Under the pieces are notes generated by a model. That model was not told the DNA's origin and searched no databases. It saw only the letters and a program-made list of their open reading frames with translations. From the NCBI GenBank assembly GCA_948467395.1, contig CAOKDX010000012.1, positions 10,011 through 74,010 on the forward strand: a stretch of DNA of 64,000 nt, in the 5' to 3' direction. The translations under genes and the position numbers were made by a program. Origin of the DNA: an uncultured Clostridia bacterium. GTDB taxonomy: Bacteria; Bacillota; Clostridia; Lachnospirales; Lachnospiraceae. This document shows, piece by piece, positions 56,582 to 64,000 of the stretch. The number at the start of each line of letters is the position of its first letter. Positions within the stretch are counted from its first letter, which is position 1.

Positions 56582-56913
56582 ATCAGAAAAATATCCCACC
56601 ACCGGCATCTTCGCCAGTGATGGGATACTAAAAGGGGAGGATAAGTATTCAACCTTTCAGTTGAATACAGCAGAGCGGATCAGAGGGGGGATTCTGGCTC
56701 CGCCCTGCCGGTATTTATAGTATTCACACATTTTTCATTTATATACAAAAAAATGAAATTTTTTTGTATCGGCCGCCAGACAAGCCTTTCGGGCTAAAAA
56801 CCTTCATAAGCAGAAAAAGAAATATTATTTTTGCTTTTTTATTGAAAATATGATATAGTTTATACGATTGCATACTAAAACTATATGTGTTTACTTACAG
56901 GAGGATTACGAAC

Positions 56914-57420
56914 ATGGCATTGTTACAGGAATGGCGCGATTACGCATACGGTGACGAAATGCAGAATTCCAAAGAGGGGGAAAAGCTCTGGCAGAATTAT
57001 TTTACCCTTGAAAAAGGAATTTATGAGCAGCTTCTGGCAAACCCATCGGAGACAGTTGAGGGAACAGTGGAAGAACTGGCTGCCAGATATGATGTACCGC
57101 TTTCCATGATGGTAGGTTTTCTGGATGGCATCAATGACAGCCTCAAGGCGGAAAATCCTATTGACACAATGGAGAAGGATACGTTAGTCCGAATCGACAT
57201 CGACCCGGAAAAACTCTATTATAATATGGTGGAATGCAAAGCGGAATGGCTCTATACACTTCCCCAGTGGGACGATATCCTGTCCGAGGAACGCCGGAAG
57301 GAGCTGTACAGGGAACAAAAAAATTCCGGAACGATCCACAATGAGAACCGCAAGGTGGGACGAAACGATCCATGTCCATGCGGCAGCGGTAAAAAATATA
57401 AACAGTGCTGCGGACGCTGA
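56914..57420 (+). CDS. SEC-C motif-containing protein
   Basis: C-terminal metal-binding SEC-C motif [28 protein letters not shown] lies 9 nt before ATG 56914. Confidence 0.75.
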   Translation: MALLQEWRDYAYGDEMQNSKEGEKLWQNYFTLEKGIYEQLLANPSETVEGTVEELAARYDVPLSMMVGFLDGINDSLKAENPIDTMEKDTLVRIDIDPEKLYYNMVECKAEWLYTLPQWDDILSEERRKELYREQKNSGTIHNENRKVGRNDPCPCGSGKKYKQCCGR

Positions 57421-57436
57421 GAAACGCGGCAAAAAA

Positions 57437-57495
57437 AATCCCGGCAGAAATTCCATGATCACGTATCACGGTTTTCTCCGGGATTCTTTTTTTGT
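57437..57495. terminator. bidirectional terminator hairpin between the SEC-C gene and aroK
   Basis: aatcccgg (57437-57444) pairs with ccgggatt (57478-57485), with additional inner pairing. An A-run lies upstream and CTTTTTTTG downstream. Confidence 0.65.
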
Positions 57496-57536
57496 TTTAA
57501 GAAAGACCGTGATATGCAGGGCAATGTGTTTCCCAG

Positions 57537-58043
57537 TCAGCCATTTTTAATAATCTGCCACACTGCTTCCACAGTATCCTCCACATTAACTTCCATAGGA
57601 ATGGTAATATCTGCATATTTCCGGTACAGCGGCATCCGCTCTTTCCAGATCTCCCCCAGGCTCTGCCCTGGTGCAAAGGCGATGCCGCGGCTCCGGATAT
57701 TCGTGATACGTCTCTGCAGCTCTTCCAGCGGCACATCGAGAAAGACAATGCAGGAGGTCTCATGGAGATACGCCATTGCCTCCGGCTCCAGCACCACACT
57801 TCCTCCAGTGGCGATAACTGCCTGCCGCACATTTATACCGCACACCGTATCGCTCTCCCAGGCCAGAAAGGATGACAGGCCGTCCTGATCCAGTATTTCC
57901 TGCAGCTTCTTCCCCGTCCGCTGCATCAGCTCCAGATCGGTATCTACAAAGGCCATTCCCAGCGCCTTCGCCAGCAGTACCCCGACCGTGGATTTGCCCG
58001 AACCAGGCATTCCGATCAGAACAATGTTTTCTCTCTTATTCAT
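57537..58043 (-). CDS. aroK: shikimate kinase
   Basis: Walker A GMPGSGKST, about 168 aa. Start at MNKREN, overlapping the metF stop. Confidence 0.85.
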   Translation of the reverse strand: MNKRENIVLIGMPGSGKSTVGVLLAKALGMAFVDTDLELMQRTGKKLQEILDQDGLSSFLAWESDTVCGINVRQAVIATGGSVVLEPEAMAYLHETSCIVFLDVPLEELQRRITNIRSRGIAFAPGQSLGEIWKERMPLYRKYADITIPMEVNVEDTVEAVWQIIKNG

Positions 58044-58887
58044 AAACCGCCTTCGCAATCTCTACCTTATTCATGGAGTACAGGTGGATGCCGTCTACCC
58101 CATGGTCAAGCAGTACCCTCATCTGCTCTTTTGTATAATCCAGTCCGGCCTTCCTGAGTTCATCCGGATCGTGCCGGTATTTCTCTATACGGTCAGCCAG
58201 CTCTCCCGGTATCTTCGTCCCCGACATCCTGACGATATTTTCTACCTGTCCAACCGATGTCACCGGCATCAGGCCCGGCAGCACCGGGACTTCAATTCCC
58301 GCCTTCCGCACCTCTTCCAAAAAATAGAAAAAAGTATCGTTATCATAGAAGAGCTGGGTGATGAGGAAGTCCACGCCCTTATCCACCTTTATCTTCAGAT
58401 GTGCTATGTCTTCCCTGAGATTCAACGCCTCCTGATGTACTTCCGGGTAGCATGCGGCTGCAATGCTGAAATCATAGGCCGCCTTCACATCCGAGATAAG
58501 ATCGGATGCATATTCATAGTATCTGGCGGCAAACTGCTCCTCACTCATCCACTGGGGCGGATCGCCTCGCAGCGGCAGCAGATTGCGGATGCCATTGCGG
58601 TACAGATTTGTGAGAAAATTATCCAGAAAAAGCTTGTCCGGGATCGCGGCGCAGGTCAGATGCGTCAATGCCTCTATCCCACACTGATTCTGGATATACG
58701 AGGCAATGGCAAATGAATTCTCTGCCGTATTTCCCCCGGCGCCGTAGGTCACGCTGATAAAGCTGGGATGAAGCGCCTTAAACTGGTCCAGCGCCTCATA
58801 GATTACTTTTACATCGGCGTCCTTTTTGGGCGGAAATACCTCCAGTGAATAGGTAGGTCTGTTTTTATGAAATAGGTCTTTGATCAT
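58036..58887 (-). CDS. metF: 5,10-methylenetetrahydrofolate reductase
   Basis: MetF pattern (SLEVFPPKK, SVTYGAGG, HLTC, PGLMP). Start set at MIKDLF (58887). Confidence 0.85.
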   Translation of the reverse strand: MIKDLFHKNRPTYSLEVFPPKKDADVKVIYEALDQFKALHPSFISVTYGAGGNTAENSFAIASYIQNQCGIEALTHLTCAAIPDKLFLDNFLTNLYRNGIRNLLPLRGDPPQWMSEEQFAARYYEYASDLISDVKAAYDFSIAAACYPEVHQEALNLREDIAHLKIKVDKGVDFLITQLFYDNDTFFYFLEEVRKAGIEVPVLPGLMPVTSVGQVENIVRMSGTKIPGELADRIEKYRHDPDELRKAGLDYTKEQMRVLLDHGVDGIHLYSMNKVEIAKAVYE

Positions 58888-58927
58888 TGGTTTCTCTCCG
58901 TTTTGGTTTTTGAGGTGGTATGCCGGA

Positions 58928-59902
58928 TTATGCCAGGGCTGCCGTGACAATAGCCATGGAATAAACCTCAGAAGCGTTGCATCCCCGGGAGAGGTCATTG
59001 ATTGGTGCGTTTAGTCCAAGCATAATGGGGCCATAGGCCTCAAACCCGCCCAGGCGCTGTGCGATCTTATAACCAATATTGCCGGCATTGATATCTGGAA
59101 AGATAAAGGTATTCACCTGGCCGCCAATCTCACTGTCAGGACATTTTGTCCGGGCCACACGGGGTGACACGGCAGCATCAAACTGAACTTCACCTATAAT
59201 GGGAATATTGGGAGCCGCTTCCTTCGTTTTCCGGGCGGCATTCCGCATCTTGTCCACATCCTCTCCGCTTCCGGAACCAAAGGTAGAATAACTGAGGAAG
59301 CCTACCTTCGGATCGATGCCGAATATCTTGGCGCACCTTGTACACTCCAGCGCAATCTCCACCAGCTCATCCTCGTTCGGATGGATGTTGATGGCACAGT
59401 CCCCCATAGCAAGGACCGTATTGCCGCCGGCTGACTCCTTCACCAGAATATAACAGGAGGAAACAATCTTATTCTCCGGTTTGGTCTTAATGATCTGCAG
59501 GGCCGGTCTTACCGTATCTGCCGTGGAATAGGTAGCTCCCCCCAGCAGGGCGTCCGCCTTCCCCATTTTCACCAGCATGGTGCCGAAATAATTGGCCTGC
59601 AGGCAGGTGGCCTTCGCCTTCTCCCTTGTCATTCCCTTGTTCTTTCGTATCTCATACAGACACTCGGCCATCTCATCAATTTCTTCATATTCCGCCGGAT
59701 CAAGGATCTCAGCGCCCCGGATATTAAAACCGCTCTCTTCCGCAGATACTGCAATCTCATCTTTATTTCCAATCAGTATCGGGGACAGGAAAGTACTGGC
59801 CAGCAGCCGGGAGGATGCCTCCAGAATACGGGGATCGCTTCCCTCTGTAAATACGATTTTCTTCGGATTCTCTTTCAGAATACTGATTAATTTCCCAAAC
59901 AT
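58928..59902 (-). CDS. pta: phosphate acetyltransferase
   Basis: Short clostridial Pta layout (KKIVFTEGSDPRIL, TVRPALQIIKT, NDLSRGC). Start set at MFGKL (59902). A phosphate butyryltransferase cannot be fully excluded. Confidence 0.8.
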   Translation of the reverse strand: MFGKLISILKENPKKIVFTEGSDPRILEASSRLLASTFLSPILIGNKDEIAVSAEESGFNIRGAEILDPAEYEEIDEMAECLYEIRKNKGMTREKAKATCLQANYFGTMLVKMGKADALLGGATYSTADTVRPALQIIKTKPENKIVSSCYILVKESAGGNTVLAMGDCAINIHPNEDELVEIALECTRCAKIFGIDPKVGFLSYSTFGSGSGEDVDKMRNAARKTKEAAPNIPIIGEVQFDAAVSPRVARTKCPDSEIGGQVNTFIFPDINAGNIGYKIAQRLGGFEAYGPIMLGLNAPINDLSRGCNASEVYSMAIVTAALA

Positions 59903-60024
59903 AGTTACCCTTCCTCCTACAATTAATTTTGATAATTCCATCATATCATTATTTGAAAAATTTACAAGGGGATACCTCTTCTTTTTTGTAAGATTTCGAC
60001 GGCGGTATGGTACTCCCGCTGGCT

Positions 60025-61731
60025 TTACACCTCCTCCGTCTCCATGTCTCCGCCTCCGAGAAAGCAGATGGCGATATTTTCACAGTGGTCCGCCACCCTC
60101 TCGAAATTAATGGACAGTTCGTTGACGAATATACCCGCCTCCGGTGAATATTTTTCTTTCTTCATCCGTTTCATATTTCGTTTCTTCATCTGCTTATTGA
60201 TCAGATCAATCCCATCCTCCAGCCGCTCTACCTCTTTTGCCGCTCCCTCGTCCTCTTTTACAAAAAAGTCTGCGGTGATACTGACGATCTTATACACCTC
60301 GTGGATATACTGGGTCAGCTCTTCCGATGTCTTCTTCGGCAGTTCAAGCTTTTTTCTGTCCCTGAGCTCCGCCTGTTCTATAATATTGCAGGCGTGATCG
60401 CCAATCCGCTCAAAATCGCGGATGCAGTACAGAAGCATATTCAGCTTCTGGCTGTCCTCCTCCAGAAGGCTTCTCCCGGCTATTTTGTGCATATAATCCG
60501 TTACCGCCTCCTCATAGCGGTCAATCTTCCGCTCCCGCTCTGCCAGCGCGGCATGATCCTCCTGCCGGTATGCAGTCAGGGCGTGAAGGGCTGTTGATAT
60601 ATTTTTCTGCACGAGGAACGCCATCTCTCCGGCACTGCGTCGGCACTGTGCCAGAGCCAGGGCCGGGGTGTCCAGAAACCTTACGTCCAGATTGGCCAGT
60701 TCATCCTTCGTCTCCCTGCCGTCATCCCGCACGGTAAGCATTGCCAGCTTCTCAAGCCATCTGGCGAAGGGAAGGAGAAGCAGCGTCGCCCCGACATTAA
60801 AACAGGTATGGATTACGGCGATTCCGGCCGCACCCGCCGCATGGTCCAGAAAAGCAAAATGAAGGATTGCATTGAGGCTGTAGAAGGCGGTCATAAAGAA
60901 GGCGGTGCCAATCACATTAAAATACAGATGCACCAGCGCCGCCCTCCTGGCATTTCGGCTGGCTCCTACGGAAGACAGCAGTGCCGTGACACAGGTCCCG
61001 ATATTCTGCCCCATAATGATAGGAAACGCGATGGAATATGAGACCCTGCCGGTGGCGCAAAGTACCTGCAGAATACCTACCGAAGCCGATGAGCTCTGTA
61101 CCACAGCCGTCAGCACGGCACCTGCCAGCATTCCCAGAAATGGGTTGGAAAACATAGTGAGTATTCCTGTAAATTCCGGCACATCCGCCAAAGGCTTAAC
61201 TGCGTCGCTCATGGCCTCCATCCCGAACATCAGCACGGCAAAGCCCGCCAGGATTCCTCCGATATCCCTTCTCTTCTCCGTCTTTGCCCCCATTATGAGA
61301 ATGATTCCCACCATGGCCATAACCGGAGTAAAGGAGGAGGGCTTCAGCAGTCGAAGGAAAAAGTTGCTGCTCTCGAGCCCGGTGAGGCTCAGGAGCCAGG
61401 ACGTCACCGTAGTTCCCACATTGGCTCCCATGATGACGCCCACTGCCTGCCCCAGCTTCATGATTCCTGAATTTACAAACCCTACCACCGTCACTGTTGT
61501 GGCGGAGGAGGACTGGATCACCGCCGTCACCCCTGCCCCAAGCAGAACTGCTTTTATCGGATTATCTGTGAGACGCTCCAATATTCTCTCCAGCCGTCCG
61601 CCGGATATACTGGTCAGCCCCTCCCCCATTACATGCATACCATACAGAAACAGGGCAAGACCACCGATCAATGTTAGCGCACCAAAAAACATTTCTGATA
61701 AATCCATACTTACCTCCATCTGATCTGACAT
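60025..61731 (-). CDS. Na+/phosphate cotransporter family protein with a C-terminal PhoU-like domain
   Basis: NptA-type repeats (QSSSATTVTVVGFV, QSSSASVGILQ) followed by PhoU-like helices (ERIGDHACNI, ERVADHCENI). Confidence 0.85.
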   Translation of the reverse strand: MSDQMEVSMDLSEMFFGALTLIGGLALFLYGMHVMGEGLTSISGGRLERILERLTDNPIKAVLLGAGVTAVIQSSSATTVTVVGFVNSGIMKLGQAVGVIMGANVGTTVTSWLLSLTGLESSNFFLRLLKPSSFTPVMAMVGIILIMGAKTEKRRDIGGILAGFAVLMFGMEAMSDAVKPLADVPEFTGILTMFSNPFLGMLAGAVLTAVVQSSSASVGILQVLCATGRVSYSIAFPIIMGQNIGTCVTALLSSVGASRNARRAALVHLYFNVIGTAFFMTAFYSLNAILHFAFLDHAAGAAGIAVIHTCFNVGATLLLLPFARWLEKLAMLTVRDDGRETKDELANLDVRFLDTPALALAQCRRSAGEMAFLVQKNISTALHALTAYRQEDHAALAERERKIDRYEEAVTDYMHKIAGRSLLEEDSQKLNMLLYCIRDFERIGDHACNIIEQAELRDRKKLELPKKTSEELTQYIHEVYKIVSITADFFVKEDEGAAKEVERLEDGIDLINKQMKKRNMKRMKKEKYSPEAGIFVNELSINFERVADHCENIAICFLGGGDMETEEV

Positions 61732-61769
61732 CTTTATATTTTAGTTCAATATGCACAATATCATGCCAA

Positions 61770-61808
61770 AGTAAAACCTGATTTATAAAAATGTAAAATC
61801 AATGTAAA
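61770..61808 (-). promoter_or_regulatory. Pho-box-like direct repeats upstream of the Na/Pi cotransporter gene
   Basis: On the minus strand: TTTACA-5nt-TTTACA-5nt-ataaat-5nt-TTTACT. These are hexamers phased every 11 bp, followed about 10 nt downstream by a GATATT/TATTGT -10-like element. Confidence 0.4.
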
Positions 61809-61864
61809 GTTTTATCAGAAATGCTTTTGTTTATACATGTTTCATTATCTCTATGACGCCGGGG

Positions 61865-63052
61865 CTATCTGCCATATGACTCCGCCAATGCCCGGAAGGC
61901 CGGCAGCGAATTTTCTATCTGCTCTGTGCTGACGCAGTAGGAGATGCGGACGAAGCCCGGCGTTCCAAAGCTGTCTGCCGGAACAACAAGCAGCTCATAT
62001 TCCTTTGCCCTCTCCGAAAAGGCGCCTGCATCCTTCTCCAATGCCTCCACAAAGAGATAGAATGCCCCATCCGGCTTGATACAGCGGTATCCATATTCCG
62101 TCAGGGCATTGTACAGGATATCCCTGTTTCTCTCATAGACCGACACATCCGATGTCACTCCCTGACATCGTTTCACCACCTGCTGAAACAGGCTCGGCGC
62201 ACACACATATCCCAGCGCGCGGCCCGCTCCGCACACTGCCGCATAAATCTGTTTCCACTGCACAGCTCTGTCGGATACGGCGATATATCCGATCCTCTCC
62301 CCAGGCAGGGACAGGGATTTACTATATGAGTAGCAGACAATGGTATTGTCATAATAATTCATCAGATAGGGAACCTTGACGCCGCCGTATACCAGTTCCC
62401 GATAGGGTTCATCCGTAATTAGGAAAATCGGATGTCCATACTCCTTTTGCTTCTTCTCCAGGATTCCACACATCTCGCGGATCCCCTCCTCTGAGATCAC
62501 AACGCCGGAAGGATTGTTGGGGGAATTCAGAATAACTCCCTTTGTGTGCTCCGTAATACCCGCCTCAAAAGCTCTCTGGTCGATCTGAAAATCCTTCGGA
62601 TCGGAATTTACCACCACCAGCTTCGACCCGGTATTCTCCACAAACACCCGGTACTCCGGGAAAAACGGGGCAAAGGTGATAAATTCATCCCCCTCCTCCG
62701 CCAGTGCCTTCAATGTGATGGACAGCGACGCCGCCGCCCCCACTGTAATATAAAAATGATCCGCTGTCAGAGCTGTCCCATGCTGTCCGTTTACATAATC
62801 CGCGATAGCCTGACGGAGTCCAGCATCCCCCTGTGCCGACGTATATCCGTGGAGAAGAACCGGATCCCCCTCCCGGATAAGCTCTTCCACCGCCTGATGC
62901 ACGCAGGCGGGCGCCGGTACGCTTGGATTTCCAATACTGAAATCAAATACCTTGTCCTCTCCGATCTCTGCCTTCCTCTCCTTCGCATACTCAAATAAAT
63001 CCCTGATCACGGAACGGTTCGTTCCCAACTCCAGCATTTTCTGTGATAACAT
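61865..63052 (-). CDS. PLP-dependent aminotransferase (class I/II, aspartate aminotransferase-like)
   Basis: 395 aa with the PLP-lysine region YSYSKSLSLPGERIGY and the NPSNPSG-type motif (NSPNNPSGVV). Confidence 0.85.
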   Translation of the reverse strand: MLSQKMLELGTNRSVIRDLFEYAKERKAEIGEDKVFDFSIGNPSVPAPACVHQAVEELIREGDPVLLHGYTSAQGDAGLRQAIADYVNGQHGTALTADHFYITVGAAASLSITLKALAEEGDEFITFAPFFPEYRVFVENTGSKLVVVNSDPKDFQIDQRAFEAGITEHTKGVILNSPNNPSGVVISEEGIREMCGILEKKQKEYGHPIFLITDEPYRELVYGGVKVPYLMNYYDNTIVCYSYSKSLSLPGERIGYIAVSDRAVQWKQIYAAVCGAGRALGYVCAPSLFQQVVKRCQGVTSDVSVYERNRDILYNALTEYGYRCIKPDGAFYLFVEALEKDAGAFSERAKEYELLVVPADSFGTPGFVRISYCVSTEQIENSLPAFRALAESYGR

Positions 63053-63079
63053 TTTCTGTGCTCCTTTCCTTTTGTCTGT

Positions 63080-64000
63080 CTATGGCCTTCCCATCGGATG
63101 ACCGTAATAAGCATTTGCGGGCCGCGCTGCCCAGAGCGTCCCCAGAATCGGTTTCCCCTTACTGTCGAAGCCCTCGCACTGATATCCCACAAACATTTCC
63201 ACATGGTAGATTCCCTTGTACCGCCCATTCTTTGCGCCGGTCTCAAACATCAGGTCGCCGGGCCGCAGCTTCATCCCCTGAATATTTTTGCTGTTCAGCC
63301 CGCCCTTGATCCGTTTCTTCCTGCCGAAGAGATATTTGGCAATATTTGCCGCCACCGGCGCATAACTGCGGTCCCCGAAGGTCTTTCCGATCTTTTTGTA
63401 GGACCGCCACACAAGGGAGCTGCAGTCATAGTACCCCTTCTTCATCCTTTTGGGCTGGCTGTATTTGCCCCTGGCAATCTTCTTTGCCGCGTTGATTACC
63501 TTTTTCAGCTTAGGCGTCACCACTGACACGGCGCATCCGATCCTCTTCCCATCTATAATCCCATAAACCACGGCATTCCCCGTCTTCTTCGCCTTCACCA
63601 CCCCTTTGGATGTAACGGAGACCACCTTATTCTTTGTCGTCTTCCATGTCACGCTGCCCGGATATCCCTTTATCTTCAACGCCACCGTTTTCTTTGCCGT
63701 CAGCACCGCGGAGACCTTGTTGATACTAACCTCCGTGGCAATGATCTTCAGGGTAAAGGTCATATTGTTAATGGTAACGGCCAGCACCGACGTTCCACTG
63801 CCGCCAGCATATATTTTCAGCGTCTTTGCATGGGGATCCAGAATACAATCTATGTTCATCAACGGGTTAGATGAACTGTACTGGAAAATATAATACGTCA
63901 GATCCGGCATATTCAGAAAGGCGGCCGTGATCTCATCCGCCTGCTGATTCACGATATATGTACGCAGCTCTGTTTTCTGCAGGGCAGCACCAGATACGTC
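63080..64000 (-). CDS. NlpC/P60-family cell-wall hydrolase with a Big_2-like domain (5' end runs off the window)
   Basis: NlpC/P60 Cys...His pattern (YYDCSSLVWRSY, GIYHVEMFVGY) and a Big_2-like VVSVTSKGVVKAKKTGNAVVYG. The frame stays open upstream of the GTG at 63952 to position 64000. Confidence 0.7.
   Translation of the reverse strand, partial: DVSGAALQKTELRTYIVNQQADEITAAFLNMPDLTYYIFQYSSSNPLMNIDCILDPHAKTLKIYAGGSGTSVLAVTINNMTFTLKIIATEVSINKVSAVLTAKKTVALKIKGYPGSVTWKTTKNKVVSVTSKGVVKAKKTGNAVVYGIIDGKRIGCAVSVVTPKLKKVINAAKKIARGKYSQPKRMKKGYYDCSSLVWRSYKKIGKTFGDRSYAPVAANIAKYLFGRKKRIKGGLNSKNIQGMKLRPGDLMFETGAKNGRYKGIYHVEMFVGYQCEGFDSKGKPILGTLWAARPANAYYGHPMGRP

Noticed and set aside
1-64000. Window-wide search for CRISPR arrays, rRNA, IS elements/transposases, integrases, toxin-antitoxin pairs, restriction-modification genes or other known defence genes.
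   Set aside because: None found. There are no spaced identical repeats, no recombinase, nuclease, helicase or methyltransferase-like ORFs, and the only RNA gene I could fold is tRNA-Trp.

Overview
This 64-kb chromosomal segment looks like a spore-forming Clostridia genome (Lachnospiraceae-like; this is an inference from gene content and protein motifs). Most genes lie on the minus strand, and core genes are about 50-55% GC by hand count. Recognisable core content: a LytTR/LiaF-like pair, era-yqzL-recO, an M16 peptidase, a cold-shock gene, an HD hydrolase plus a TrpB-like enzyme, hydG with a two-component system, an AI-2E transporter, the spoIIAA-spoIIAB-sigF-spoVA sporulation locus, a PocR hybrid kinase, valS, a very large GH127-like surface glycosidase with a divergent AraC regulator, an FGGY kinase, galE, yajC, tgt, tRNA-Trp, aroK-metF-pta, a Na/Pi cotransporter, an aminotransferase and a partial NlpC/P60 gene. 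I found no rRNA, CRISPR array, transposase, integrase or recognisable defence gene. The most unusual feature is that the spoVA operon is split between spoVAC and spoVAD by about 7.5 kb of unrelated cargo. This cargo encodes an ECF sigma/anti-sigma pair, an S8 subtilase, two tandem membrane-anchored BspA-type LRR proteins and an HD-GYP response regulator. The subtilase carries an in-frame TAA between its catalytic His and Ser and has an uncharacterised C-terminal domain. The sigma-to-LRR part is low-GC in its LRR/S8 portion and is bracketed by a 16-nt imperfect direct repeat. Matching forespore-type promoter-like motifs precede both halves of the split operon. Other items worth a second look are a second ECF sigma/LRR surface-protein operon, a PTS-EIIC::EAL fusion translationally coupled to a sugar kinase, a frameshifted C39-like peptidase, hydG in an atypical operon, valS without a T-box leader, and Pho-box-like repeats upstream of the Na/Pi transporter. 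All functional calls come from motif-level reading of the supplied translations; no database search was possible.
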